From positions 1 to 39,280 of the forward strand of contig JAFAGU010000053.1 in assembly GCA_019237595.1 (NCBI GenBank): a stretch of 39,280 bases of DNA. Reading direction: 5' to 3'. The position numbers and the translations under genes are program-made. This document shows, piece by piece, positions 22,208 through 31,464 of the stretch. Under the pieces are notes generated by a model. The model did not search any database and was not told the DNA's origin. It was given only the letters and a program-made list of their open reading frames with translations. The number at the start of each line of letters is the position of its first letter. Within the stretch, counting starts at the first letter, position 1. Source of the DNA: Betaproteobacteria bacterium. GTDB taxonomy: Bacteria > Pseudomonadota > Gammaproteobacteria > Burkholderiales > SG8-39.

Positions 22208-23091
22208 GCGGCGCGTGCCACGAGGAAGCTCGAGGCGATGCCGGCGAAGACCGCCACGCCGACCCAGTTGTTGTGCATGAAGGCCCTGAAGCAGCCCGCT
22301 CGCGAGCGGCTGCGGATGAGCCGCCAATGATAGACCATCAGTCCGCCGGCGAGCCCGAGTCCCGCGTGATAAGGCCAAGAGAGCTGCAGCCGTGCGCCGA
22401 GCCAGGAGAGCAGACCGAGCATGAGCGCATAGCTTCCCATCACCGCGGCGACGTCCCACCTGCCGAGCGTGAGGGCGGACGTGCGCAAGCCGAGCTTCGC
22501 GTCGTCTTCGCGGTCGACCATCGCGTACTCCGTGTCATAGGCGAAGGAATAGCAGACGTTCGCTGCGAGCAGGATCCAGCACTCCGCCGGCAGCCGGTCC
22601 AGCACGGCGGCATAGGCCATCGGGATGCCGAAGCCGAACGCAATGCCGAGGTAGGCCTGCGGAAAGGCGAACCAGCGCTTCGCAAACGGATAGGAAGCGG
22701 CGATCGCAAGGCCGAGGAAGGAAAGCGCGATTGCGAGCCGGTTGAGGAAGAGGACGAGCGCGAAGCCCAGCAGCGATAGCACCGCCGCGACCGCCAGCGC
22801 CTCGCCCGGCCGGATCTCCCGCGCGGCTAGCGGCCGCCCGCGCGTGCGCTCGACATGCGCATCGAAGTTCCGGTCGGCGTAGTCGTTCATGGCGCAGCCC
22901 GCCGAGCGCATGACGAAAGTGCCGACGACGAAGATCGCCAGATGATCGAGGCGCGGCCGCCCGCCGGAGGCGAGCCAGAGCGCCCAAAGCGTGGGCCAGA
23001 GAAGGAGGAGCGCCCCAATCGGCTTGTCGAGCCGCACCAGGCGCTCGTACGCATCCAGTCGTTGCAGGACGAGGGCGAGGTCGATCTTCAT
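22204..23091 (-). CDS. ubiA: 4-hydroxybenzoate octaprenyltransferase
   Basis: [50 protein letters not shown]. Confidence 0.96.
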   Translation of the reverse strand: MKIDLALVLQRLDAYERLVRLDKPIGALLLLWPTLWALWLASGGRPRLDHLAIFVVGTFVMRSAGCAMNDYADRNFDAHVERTRGRPLAAREIRPGEALAVAAVLSLLGFALVLFLNRLAIALSFLGLAIAASYPFAKRWFAFPQAYLGIAFGFGIPMAYAAVLDRLPAECWILLAANVCYSFAYDTEYAMVDREDDAKLGLRTSALTLGRWDVAAVMGSYALMLGLLSWLGARLQLSWPYHAGLGLAGGLMVYHWRLIRSRSRAGCFRAFMHNNWVGVAVFAGIASSFLVARAA

Positions 23092-23095
23092 TCGC

Positions 23096-25165
23096 TCACG
23101 CGGAGAGCAGCTCCGCGCGCGAGGCGAGCCAGCGCGCAGCGTGCCGCGCGGCCGCCTGCGGCTCGGACTCGAGGAGCTCGGCCGCGGCAGCGCGCGCCGC
23201 GTCCACGAGCTCCGCATCGCGCTCGAGGTCGGCAAAGCGCAGGAGCGGCGCGCCGCTCTGGCGCTCGCCAAGGTATTCGCCCGGCCCGCGGAGCTTAAGG
23301 TCGAGCCGCGCGATCTCGAAGCCGTCGCTGTTCTCGTACATGACTCGCAGCCGCTCGCGGCCTGCGCTCGAGAGCGCCTGCTCGAAGAGGAGGATGCATA
23401 CGCTCTCGCGCGCACCGCGGCCGACTCGCCCGCGCAGCTGGTGGAGTTGCGCGAGGCCGAAGCGCTCGGCGCTCTCGATCACCATGAGCGAAGCGTTCGG
23501 GACATCGACGCCGACCTCGATCACGGTCGTGCAGACGAGAAGCTGGATCTCGCCGGCCGCGAACGCCTTCATGGTCGCCGCCTTTTCCGCTTGCGCCAGG
23601 CGTCCGTGCAGGAGCCCCACGCCGATGCCGCGCAGCTCGGCGGCGAGCTTCGCGTGCGTATCGATCGCGGTCTGCGCGCCCTCCCTCGACTCCTCCACCA
23701 CCGGGCATACCCAATAGGCCTGCTGGCCTTCCGCGCACGCTTCGCGGATGCGCTCGAGCACCTCGGCGCGGCGCGATGCCGAAACGAGGCGCGTCGCCAC
23801 GGGCTTTCGGCCTGGCGGCAGCTCGTCCAGCGTGGAAACGTCGAGGTCCGCGTAATACGTCATGGAGAGGGTGCGCGGGATCGGCGTCGCGCTCATCATG
23901 AGCTGGTGGGGAACGACGGGTTGGGGAAGCCCGGCCGCGCGATGCGTTCCCTTGCGCCGGAGCGTCACGCGCTGCTCGACGCCGAAGCGGTGCTGCTCGT
24001 CGACGATGGCGAGCCCCAGGCGGGCGAAGTCGACGCCTTCCTGGACGAGCGCATGCGTGCCGATGACGACCTGCGCGGCGCCGGAACGGATGTCCTCGAG
24101 GACGGACTTCTTTTCCGCCTTCGCGAGGCCGCCGTGGAGCCAGGCAACCCGGACCTCGCCGGGAACCGCGGCTTCCAGCCACTGCCGGAACTTGCGGTAA
24201 TGCTGCTCGGAGAGGATTTCCGTGGGCGCCATGAGCGCCGCCTGCCAGCGTGCATCCACGGCGGTGAGGCAGGCGAGCGCCGCCACGATGGTCTTCCCGC
24301 TTCCGACGTCGCCCTGGAGCAGGCGCTGCATCGGATGCGGCGTGGCAAGGTCGGCGAGCACCTCGTCCAATGCGCGCGTCTGCGCGCTCGTGAGCCGGAA
24401 CGGGAGCCGCGCGAGGAAGCGCCCCACGAGCGGGCCACGCGAAGGAAGCGGCGGCGCGCTACGCGAGCGGCGCTCGCGGTATGCGAACCGCATGGAGAGC
24501 TGCTGGGCGAGGAGCTCGTCGAACTTCATGCGCCGCCACGCGGGGTGCGTGCGCTCGGCGAGGGCGGAGAGATCGACGCCCGGCGCCGGGCGATGGAGCG
24601 CCGACACGCTCTCGGCGAATCCCGCGAGGTGGTAGCGGGCACGCAGCCACGCCGGCAGCGAATCTGCCAGCGCGCCCTCGTCGAGCGCCTCGAGCACGCG
24701 CGCGCGGATCGCCGCCTGCGAGACGCCGGCGGTCGTCGAGTAGACCGGAGTAAGAGTCGAGGGAAGGGGTTCGCCCGCGCGCACGAGGCGGTAGCGCGGG
24801 TGGGCCATCTCCGCACCGAACCAGCCGCCGCGCACCTCGCCGTAGGCGCGCACCAGGAGCCCCTCCTCCACGCCGCGCTGAAACTGCCGCAGCTGGCTGC
24901 CGTAGAAGTTGAAGAAGCGCAGCACCAGCCCTTCGGCGTGGACGACGAGCTGGCGGCGAGGGCGATAGGCGATTTCGGCGCGCTGCAGCTTCGCCTCGAC
25001 GAGCACCGGCTTGCCGGCGGGCGCATCGGCTGGCGCGACGAGCGCCGTCTCGTCCTCATAGCGAAGCGGCAGGTGCAGCACGAAATCCATGCGGGAGCGC
25101 AGCCCGAGCTTCTGGAGCTTGCGCGCGAGCGCGTCGCCGCGCCGCGGCTCCCGCGCCGCGCTCAC
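23096..25165 (-). CDS. recG: ATP-dependent DNA helicase RecG
   Basis: [50 protein letters not shown]. Confidence 0.98.
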   Translation of the reverse strand: MSAAREPRRGDALARKLQKLGLRSRMDFVLHLPLRYEDETALVAPADAPAGKPVLVEAKLQRAEIAYRPRRQLVVHAEGLVLRFFNFYGSQLRQFQRGVEEGLLVRAYGEVRGGWFGAEMAHPRYRLVRAGEPLPSTLTPVYSTTAGVSQAAIRARVLEALDEGALADSLPAWLRARYHLAGFAESVSALHRPAPGVDLSALAERTHPAWRRMKFDELLAQQLSMRFAYRERRSRSAPPLPSRGPLVGRFLARLPFRLTSAQTRALDEVLADLATPHPMQRLLQGDVGSGKTIVAALACLTAVDARWQAALMAPTEILSEQHYRKFRQWLEAAVPGEVRVAWLHGGLAKAEKKSVLEDIRSGAAQVVIGTHALVQEGVDFARLGLAIVDEQHRFGVEQRVTLRRKGTHRAAGLPQPVVPHQLMMSATPIPRTLSMTYYADLDVSTLDELPPGRKPVATRLVSASRRAEVLERIREACAEGQQAYWVCPVVEESREGAQTAIDTHAKLAAELRGIGVGLLHGRLAQAEKAATMKAFAAGEIQLLVCTTVIEVGVDVPNASLMVIESAERFGLAQLHQLRGRVGRGARESVCILLFEQALSSAGRERLRVMYENSDGFEIARLDLKLRGPGEYLGERQSGAPLLRFADLERDAELVDAARAAAAELLESEPQAAARHAARWLASRAELLSA

Positions 25166-25539
25166 CCGGCGTGGAGGATCGCGTCGATCTCCACGAGCGC
25201 GCCGCGCGGCAAGCCGGCCACGCCGACTGCGGCCCTCGCGGGATAGGGCTCCCGGACGTACTGCGCCATGATCTCGTTCACGCGAGCGAAATGCGCGAGG
25301 TCCGTGAGATAGACTGTCATGCGCACGGCCCGGTCGAGGCCGAGGCCCGCGGCATCGGCCACCGCGGCGAGGTTGCGGAAAACACGGTGCGTCTGCGCCT
25401 CGATGCCCTCGGCGAGCTGCATGCTCGCCGGATCGAGCCCGATCTGTCCCGACAGGTAGACCGTGTCTCCGGCGCGCACCGCCTGGGAATAGGTGCCGAT
25501 CGCGGCGGGCGCGTCCTTGCTCTGGATGACCGTCTTCAT
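25162..25539 (-). CDS. ridA: RidA family reactive-intermediate deaminase
   Basis: [44 protein letters not shown]. Confidence 0.93.
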   Translation of the reverse strand: MKTVIQSKDAPAAIGTYSQAVRAGDTVYLSGQIGLDPASMQLAEGIEAQTHRVFRNLAAVADAAGLGLDRAVRMTVYLTDLAHFARVNEIMAQYVREPYPARAAVGVAGLPRGALVEIDAILHAG

Positions 25540-25580
25540 GGCGGGTATCTTAGCTCAACGCTTTCGGAGCGCTCCGCCGC

Positions 25581-25904
25581 ATGGCCACCCTGGAAAACCT
25601 CGAGAAGCTCGTCGGCACGCCGCGCGACGGCGCGCTCCTGCGCTATTCGCTCGGCGTCGAATACCTGAAGCGCGGCGACGCGTCGCGCGCAATCGCTTCG
25701 CTGCGGGCCGCCGTCGAGCGAGATCCGGGCTACTCGGCCGCCTGGAAGTTCCTCGCTCGGGCGCTCGAGTCGAGCGGCGAGGAAAGCGCCGCGCTGGAAG
25801 CCTACGAGCGCGGAATCGCCGCGGCGCACGCCAAAGGCGACAAGCAGGCCGAAAAGGAAATGACCGTCTTCGCGCGCCGGATCGCGAAGAAGCTCGCCGG
25901 CTAG
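25581..25904 (+). CDS. Small tetratricopeptide-repeat protein
   Basis: TPR-like helices (LLRYSLGVEYL...DPGYSAAWKFLARAL...AYERGI...GDKQAEKEM). Confidence 0.8.
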   Translation: MATLENLEKLVGTPRDGALLRYSLGVEYLKRGDASRAIASLRAAVERDPGYSAAWKFLARALESSGEESAALEAYERGIAAAHAKGDKQAEKEMTVFARRIAKKLAG

Positions 25905-26290
25905 CCGCCGGGGAAAAGCTGGGGCAGCACTTCGGCGAGGCCGGTGACGAAAGCCTCCTTGCCGATCAGCGCATCGGCACCCGCGGCTCGCGCCTGTGCT
26001 CGCGTCTCCTCGGCATGGAAAAGCGCGAGCGCGATGATCGCGGGCGGGCGGGGCGAGGATTTCAGGCGCCGCACGAGCTCGAGGCCGCGACTGGGCATGA
26101 GCCCTAGGTCCAGGAGCAGGAGGTCTGGCGTGGCCGACTCCACGAGGACGAGCGCATCGAGCGCGTTGTTCGCCGTGCCGGCCAACTCGAATCCGGGCAG
26201 GCTCGCGATGTAGTTCGCCGCCGCCGCCAGGAAGGCGGGGCTGTCGTCGGCGATGGCGACTCGGCGGCTCAAGGCAACGGGGAAACCCAT
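25901..26290 (-). CDS. Stand-alone response-regulator receiver protein
   Basis: IADDSPAF, PDLLLLDL (phosphoacceptor Asp), AGADALIGK; no output domain. Confidence 0.85.
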   Translation of the reverse strand: MGFPVALSRRVAIADDSPAFLAAAANYIASLPGFELAGTANNALDALVLVESATPDLLLLDLGLMPSRGLELVRRLKSSPRPPAIIALALFHAEETRAQARAAGADALIGKEAFVTGLAEVLPQLFPGG

Positions 26291-26325
26291 GCCGCGAGGG
26301 TAAGTCTGGAGCCGGCGCGGCGGTA

Positions 26326-26362
26326 TCAGGGCATCCCCGAAACGACCCCGGGGAATTCCTGA
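26326..26362. promoter_or_regulatory. Tandem imperfect palindromes (putative regulator binding sites)
   Basis: TCAGGGCATCCCCGA (26326-26340) and CCGGGGAATTCCTGA (26348-26362), consensus YCRGG-N5-CCYGA, 22 bp apart, upstream of the receiver gene. Confidence 0.45.
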
Positions 26363-26374
26363 ATCGAGCCCCGG

Positions 26375-27022
26375 TCAGCCGTCCGGCGGGACGAGGCCCG
26401 TGCGCAGCGCGTAGCGCACCAGGCCCGCGACGTCTCGGATGTTCAGCCGCTCCATGATCTGCGCCCGGTGAGTCTCCACCGTCTTCACCGACAGCTTCAG
26501 CTCGTAGGCGATCTCCTTGGTACTGCGGCCGCGCGCCACGAGCTGCAGCACTTCGCGCTGGCGCGCGGTGAGCGTGTCCCCGCCGGCCGCCTCGCCGCCC
26601 ACTCGCTGCACGTAGCCCTCCACCACCTGCCTCGAGACGGCGGGGCTGAACCAGCTCTCGCCCCGCATCACGCTGCGCAGGGCGAGCTCGAGCTCGCCGG
26701 TCGCGGCGTCCTTGAGGAGATAGCCGACGGCTCCGGCGCGCAGCGCCTGGAGCACGTACTCCTCGCCGGCATGCATGGAAAGGATGATCACGCTCACGCC
26801 GGCCTGGCGCTCGCGCATGCGCGCCGCAGCGTCCAGCCCGCTCATTCCCCGCATGGCGATGTCCATGAGCACGACATCGGGCTTCTCGCGCTCCGCGAGC
26901 TCGAGCGCTTCCTCGCCGCTCGCCGCCTCGCCGACCACTTCGACGCCGGCCATGGTGCCGAGGAGCGAGCGCATTCCGGCGCGGACGAGCGCATGGTCGT
27001 CTGCGAGCACCACCCTGATCAT
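26375..27022 (-). CDS. NarL/LuxR-family response regulator
   Basis: ADDHALVRAG, LMDIAM, LSMH, GYLLK, LTARQREVLQLVARG...VKTVETHRAQIM. Confidence 0.94.
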   Translation of the reverse strand: MIRVVLADDHALVRAGMRSLLGTMAGVEVVGEAASGEEALELAEREKPDVVLMDIAMRGMSGLDAAARMRERQAGVSVIILSMHAGEEYVLQALRAGAVGYLLKDAATGELELALRSVMRGESWFSPAVSRQVVEGYVQRVGGEAAGGDTLTARQREVLQLVARGRSTKEIAYELKLSVKTVETHRAQIMERLNIRDVAGLVRYALRTGLVPPDG

Positions 27023-28110
27023 GGGATCGATCCTCCTTCGAGCGGGAATGTTGCCAGCAATGTGGTGCCCTCGCGCGGTGCGCTGCGAAGCTCCAGCTTG
27101 CCGCCTTCCAGCGCCGTGCGCTCTTCCATGCTGAGCAGTCCGACGCTCGCGCCGCTCGCCGCCCGACGTCGCGCGGCGTCGAGGTCGAAGCCGCGCCCGT
27201 CGTCGCGCACTGAGAGGACGAGCGTCCCGGCGCCGCCTTGCACCGACACGGAGAGGTTGCGCGCCCCGGCGTGGCGCAGCACGTTCGTGATGGCCTCCTG
27301 CGCGATGCGGAAGCAGGCGCTCTCGACCTCGGGCGCAAGCTCTTCGGGCACCGCATCCGCGTCAAAGTGCGGGGTCAGGCCGCCGAGCTTCGCCTGCGCA
27401 TCGACATGCGAGCGAAGCGCCGCGACGAGCCCGAGGTCGTCGAGCTGGAGCGGGCGCAAGTTCAGCGAAAGCTGGCGCACGCGCTCGAGCGCGTGCTGCG
27501 TGGTCTCGATGCACGCCTGCACCTGCGCGGGCGCCGCGGCCGCCCCGGAGCGGCCGAGCGATTCCAGCTGGATCTTGAGCGCGGTGAGCGCCTGGCCGAT
27601 GTCGTCGTGCAGGTCTCGGGCGAGCGAGCGCCGCTCCGCCTCCTGCACCTCGAGCAGGCGGCGCGAGAGCGCGCGCAGGCGCTCCTGCGACTGCTCGAGG
27701 GCGCGGCTCGTCGCGAGGTGGCGCTCGCGCTCGCGCCGCTCGCCGAGCGCGCGGCGAACCGCAGGCGCGAGCCGCGCGAGGCCGTGCTTGAGGATGTAGT
27801 CCGTCGCGCCGGCGCGCAGCGCCTCGACGGCCCGCTCCTCGCCCAACGCCCCGGAGACCAGGATGAAAGGCACCAGTGGATCGGTGCGTCGCACGAAGGC
27901 GAGCGCATCCAGGCCCGTATAGCCGGGCAGCGAATAGTCCGCGAGCACGAGGTCGAAGCGGCCGGCGGCGAAGGCGGCCTCGAAAGCCGCGCGGCCAGTC
28001 GCGAGGATCGGCGCGCAACGCAAGCCTCCCTCGGCGAGCGCCGCGACGGCGAGCTCCGCGTCGGTCGCCTGGTCTTCGAGGACGAGCGTGCGCAGCGCCT
28101 CGGGGTTCAT
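27019..28110 (-). CDS. REC-HisKA_3-HATPase kinase without a sensor domain
   Basis: N-terminal receiver (VLED, LADYSLP, VSG, DYILK), ERRSLARDLHDDIGQALT, FRIAQEAITNVLRHA, RDDGRGF; ATG at 28110. Confidence 0.9.
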   Translation of the reverse strand: MNPEALRTLVLEDQATDAELAVAALAEGGLRCAPILATGRAAFEAAFAAGRFDLVLADYSLPGYTGLDALAFVRRTDPLVPFILVSGALGEERAVEALRAGATDYILKHGLARLAPAVRRALGERRERERHLATSRALEQSQERLRALSRRLLEVQEAERRSLARDLHDDIGQALTALKIQLESLGRSGAAAAPAQVQACIETTQHALERVRQLSLNLRPLQLDDLGLVAALRSHVDAQAKLGGLTPHFDADAVPEELAPEVESACFRIAQEAITNVLRHAGARNLSVSVQGGAGTLVLSVRDDGRGFDLDAARRRAASGASVGLLSMEERTALEGGKLELRSAPREGTTLLATFPLEGGSIP

Positions 28111-28155
28111 GCGGACAGGTCGGGAGGCATTGGCGTCAATTCTGCCAAATCCCCC

Positions 28156-28170
28156 CGGCATGGCGCTTGC
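28156..28170 (+). promoter_or_regulatory. Putative sigma54 (-24/-12) promoter of the topoisomerase IB gene
   Basis: CGGCATGGCGCTTGC: GG-N10-GC with TTGC, in the intergenic region. Confidence 0.65.
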
Positions 28171-28184
28171 GTGGCGCGCCCGCC

Positions 28185-29339
28185 ATGAGCACCGTGCCCG
28201 CTTCCGGCGCCGCGCCCATGGAGCCACGGTCGGCGGCCCGCGCCGCTGGGCTACGCTATTTCCTGGACGACCGTCCGGGAATTTCGCGGGCGGCAAACGG
28301 CGAAGGCTTTCGCTACCGGCACGCTTCGGGACGAGCAGTACGGGACGGCGCGACGCTCGCGCGCATTCGCTCGCTCGCCATCCCGCCTGCGTGGACAAGC
28401 GTCTGGATTTGCCCGGTCGCCGACGGCCACCTGCAGGCGACCGGAAGGGACGCGCGGGGCCGCAAGCAGTATCGCTATCACGCCCGTTGGCGTGAAATCC
28501 GCGACGAGACGAAGTACGGCCGGCTGGCGGCGTTCGCGCGCGCCCTGCCGCGCATCCGGCGCCGGGTGAGCCGGGATCTCGCGTTGCCCGGCCTGCCCCG
28601 GGACAAGGCGCTCGCCACGGTCGTGCGGCTCCTCGACACGACGTTCATGCGCGTAGGCAACGAGGCCTATGCGCGCGAAAACGACTCCTACGGATTGACT
28701 ACGCTGCGGTCCAGGCAAGTCCGCGTGCGCGGCGCGCGGCTGCAATTCGCTTTTCGCGGGAAGAGCGGCGTCTTCCACCGCATCGAGCTCGCCGATGCGC
28801 GGCTTGCGGCGATCGTCCGGCGCATGCAGGACCTTCCCGGCGAGGAGCTCTTCCGCTACGTGGACGACGAAGGCGCGACTCGCACCGTGGATTCGGCGGA
28901 CGTGAACGGGTATCTGAAGGACATCGCCGGAGCCGATTTCACCAGCAAGGATTTCCGCACGTGGGCTGGCACGCTCCTCGCGCTCGAAGCGCTGGAGCAG
29001 GCCGGCGCCGCGCCGCACGACGCTGCGGCCAGGAAGGCTGTCGCCGCGGCGATCGATGCGGTCTCGAAACGGCTCGGCAACACGCGCGCCGTTTGCCGCA
29101 AGTGCTACGTGCACCCGGCCGTGCTCGAGGGCTACCACGCCGGGGCGCTCGAGGACGTTCGAGGAAGAAGCGCAGCTACGCGCCTCGCGGCGCTGCTGGA
29201 GCGCCATGCTCGGAGCGAGACGAGACGCAGGCGGCGCTCCGGCGCCGACGGCCGCTCGCTCGTCCCGGTACTCGCCCGGTCGCTTGGCGCGAGAGCGAGA
29301 AATCGCCATCGGGACGCCCCCGCCATCGCGCGAGCCTGA
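28185..29339 (+). CDS. Bacterial (poxvirus-like) type IB DNA topoisomerase
   Basis: AIPPAWTSVWIC, GHLQATGRDARGRKQYRYH, MRVGNE, YGLTTL, FRGKSG, SKDFRTW, LGNTRAVCRKCYVHP (catalytic Tyr); start at 28185 or 28218. Confidence 0.95.
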   Translation: MSTVPASGAAPMEPRSAARAAGLRYFLDDRPGISRAANGEGFRYRHASGRAVRDGATLARIRSLAIPPAWTSVWICPVADGHLQATGRDARGRKQYRYHARWREIRDETKYGRLAAFARALPRIRRRVSRDLALPGLPRDKALATVVRLLDTTFMRVGNEAYARENDSYGLTTLRSRQVRVRGARLQFAFRGKSGVFHRIELADARLAAIVRRMQDLPGEELFRYVDDEGATRTVDSADVNGYLKDIAGADFTSKDFRTWAGTLLALEALEQAGAAPHDAAARKAVAAAIDAVSKRLGNTRAVCRKCYVHPAVLEGYHAGALEDVRGRSAATRLAALLERHARSETRRRRRSGADGRSLVPVLARSLGARARNRHRDAPAIARA

Positions 29340-29392
29340 GGACATGGGTTCGCGGCCGAGGTCCGGGTGGCATGCAGCAATTCGCATTCCTG

Positions 29393-29408
29393 CGGCACGG
29401 CGCTTGCT
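29393..29408 (+). promoter_or_regulatory. Putative sigma54 (-24/-12) promoter of the secreted-protein genes
   Basis: CGGCACGGCGCTTGCT is a close match to TGGCACG-N4-TTGCW. Confidence 0.75.
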
Positions 29409-29459
29409 GACACAACGCCGCAGTCTCTTTTTCTTCCTCAACTTGGACTAGGAGTTCTC

Positions 29460-29870
29460 ATGAAAATCAAAGTACTTGGTGCAGCCGTGGCGACGGCGCT
29501 GCTGGGACTGTCCACTCTGTCGTTCGGACAAAGCGCGGGCGGCTCCGCGCCGAGCAGCCAGGACACGCCGCGCGAGGCAGCGCGCGCCCAATCCGGCGCC
29601 GGAAGCCAGGCCGGGACGACCGGCACCGTGGTGGCGCCCGCAGCGCCGGCGGTGGTCGATACGAGCCGTTGCGACAACCTCACGGGCGCGGCGAAGACGC
29701 GCTGCATGCGCGACGCAAGCTCCGGCGCGAGCGCTCCCGGCGTCCCCGTGACGCAGGAGCCCGGCCAGAGCGGCCCCGGCGCAGTCGACAAGACGCGTCC
29801 GGGCCAGGAGCCGACGGGGCGCAACCGCGTGAACCCGCGCGATGCGGGCACGAGCTCGAGCGGCGGCTGA
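29460..29870 (+). CDS. Hypothetical secreted low-complexity protein (136 aa) with a C-x10-C motif
   Basis: AGGAG SD, signal peptide MKIKVLGAAVATALLGLSTLSFG, G/S/A/P/T-rich body, CDNLTGAAKTRC. Confidence 0.8.
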   Translation: MKIKVLGAAVATALLGLSTLSFGQSAGGSAPSSQDTPREAARAQSGAGSQAGTTGTVVAPAAPAVVDTSRCDNLTGAAKTRCMRDASSGASAPGVPVTQEPGQSGPGAVDKTRPGQEPTGRNRVNPRDAGTSSSGG

Positions 29871-29887
29871 TCGTCGCAGTTGCGAAC

Positions 29888-29919
29888 GAAGGGCCATCCG
29901 AAATGCCGGGTGGCCCTTC
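29888..29919. terminator. 13-bp stem-loop between the two secreted-protein genes
   Basis: GAAGGGCCATCCG-aaatgc-CGGGTGGCCCTTC with one G.U pair; the U tract is weak. Confidence 0.55.
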
Positions 29920-29928
29920 ACTGCTCCA

Positions 29929-30282
29929 ATGAAAAATTTCCGGTTCTTGGCAATCGTCGCGCTGGCGCTCGGTGCGCCGTCGAGCCTTATTGCTCAGCCG
30001 ACCGGAAGCTCGCTTCCGGGGCCCGGCGCTAGCCCGCCTTCCTCGACGAGCACGCCTGGATCGGGCATCGGTGCGGGAACGATAGACTCCGGACCGAATG
30101 CGAACTCGCTACCTACTTGCGTGAACCTGCCGCAAGCCGAACGCGAGAAATGCTTGCGCGCAGCGCGCGCCGCTGCCGCGGCCGGCGGCTCCGCGCCTTC
30201 CGTTAACGAGGGACGCGGCAGCGTCGATCGCGAAGGACCCGGAACGAACGGCGTCGGATCCGGCGCCGGATCGACGCGCTAA
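29929..30282 (+). CDS. Hypothetical secreted low-complexity protein (117 aa) with a C-x10-C motif
   Basis: Signal peptide MKNFRFLAIVALALGAPSSLIA, G/S/P-rich body, CVNLPQAEREKC. Confidence 0.72.
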   Translation: MKNFRFLAIVALALGAPSSLIAQPTGSSLPGPGASPPSSTSTPGSGIGAGTIDSGPNANSLPTCVNLPQAEREKCLRAARAAAAAGGSAPSVNEGRGSVDREGPGTNGVGSGAGSTR

Positions 30283-30298
30283 GAGCTGCAGGGGGAAG

Positions 30299-30374
<76 letters not shown>

Positions 30375-30410
30375 ACGGAGAGGGGCGGAATTCTACATTA
30401 TGATGGGCGA

Positions 30411-31247
30411 GTGCAGATCGCTCCGCCCTACGGCTACACCGAGGTCGTTCCCTTTCTCAAGACGAGCCGCGTGCGCCTTCTCGCGCCGGGGGAAGCGCCG
30501 CCGTTCGTGCGGCAGTCGAACGCGATCCCGGTGAGCTACACCGAGTTCCAGCTCGTGGCGCGCGAGTACCCCATCGTCTTCACGACCGGAGACGAGGGCA
30601 GGAACTTCGCGGCCGTGGCGGTGCTCGGCATCACCGCGGCGGAGAACCTGTTCTACGACGGGCGCGCTTGGGCGAGCGACGCCTATGTCCCGGCGTACGC
30701 GCGGCGCTATCCGTTCTGCATGGCGCGGGTCACCGTCGACCGGCAGGAGCACAAGGACCGGCTGATCTGCGTCGAGAAGAGCCACCTCGACGAGGAGGCC
30801 GGCGAATCGATGTTCGACGGCGAGGGTCGGCCCGCGACCAAGTGGACGGAGATCGAGCGGCTGCTCGCAGAATACGAGGCGGACCTCGAGAGGAGCCGCG
30901 AGATGTGCGCGATCCTCGGCGACTACGGCCTGCTCGAGCCCTTCTCGATGCAGGCCACGCTGGCGAAGGAAAAAGGCGCGGGGCCCATGCACCTCACCGG
31001 CATGCATCGCGTGAGCGAGAGGAACCTCGAGAACCTGAACGCCGCGCAGCTCAAGAACCTGCTGCGCAAGGGGATCCTTGCGCGCATCTACCTGCACCTC
31101 CTGTCGCTCGAGAACTTCGCGCGGCTGCTCGATCGCAAGGCGGCGCAGCGAGCGCCCGAAAGGGAAACCTTGGGGAAGGAATCCGGCGGGGCGAAGTCCG
31201 AGCCGGTGCAGCCGAAGAGCGAGAAGCCCTCGAGGCGAGGGCGCTAG
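30411..31247 (+). CDS. SapC family protein
   Basis: SNAIPVSYTEFQLVAREYPIVF, AVLGITAAENLF, YVPAYARRYPF, LARIYLHLLSLENF; GTG start inferred because the longer ORF overlaps the tRNA. Confidence 0.85.
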   Translation: MQIAPPYGYTEVVPFLKTSRVRLLAPGEAPPFVRQSNAIPVSYTEFQLVAREYPIVFTTGDEGRNFAAVAVLGITAAENLFYDGRAWASDAYVPAYARRYPFCMARVTVDRQEHKDRLICVEKSHLDEEAGESMFDGEGRPATKWTEIERLLAEYEADLERSREMCAILGDYGLLEPFSMQATLAKEKGAGPMHLTGMHRVSERNLENLNAAQLKNLLRKGILARIYLHLLSLENFARLLDRKAAQRAPERETLGKESGGAKSEPVQPKSEKPSRRGR

Positions 31248-31447
31248 GCGGCTGCTTTGTCGGCGGCCGCCTTTTCGGCCGCGGCCTTCTTCTTCGCCCG
31301 CCGGTCGGCCATGATTTTCTCGTAGCACTCCGCGCACACCGCGCGCTTATTGCGCACGCCGGGAAGCGTGCGGAACGTGGCGCGAGGCCGCGAGTGCTGG
31401 CCGTGGAAGCAGTACTTGAGCGGGTTGAGGTTAGCCATCTCCGACAT
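31244..31447 (-). CDS. Small basic hypothetical protein, putative Zn-binding (CFHGQH...CAEC)
   Basis: GC3-rich codons typical of this genome, AGGA upstream of ATG 31447, fills the gap between tRNA-Ile2 and the sapC-like gene. Confidence 0.7.
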   Translation of the reverse strand: MSEMANLNPLKYCFHGQHSRPRATFRTLPGVRNKRAVCAECYEKIMADRRAKKKAAAEKAAADKAAA

Positions 31448-31464
31448 GGTCATCCTATCACTGA

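Noticed and set aside
28130-28148. TTGGC-N9-GCCAA palindrome giving GG-N10-GC on both strands (possible extra sigma54 promoter or operator)
   Set aside because: The -12 elements (CTGC, ACGC) match poorly, and 5-bp arms can arise by chance in GC-rich DNA.
25901-30298. Possible island integrated at tRNA-Ala, with TopIB acting as the recombinase
   Set aside because: I found no att-like repeat of the tRNA 3' end, and the protein has TopIB-specific motifs rather than integrase motifs.
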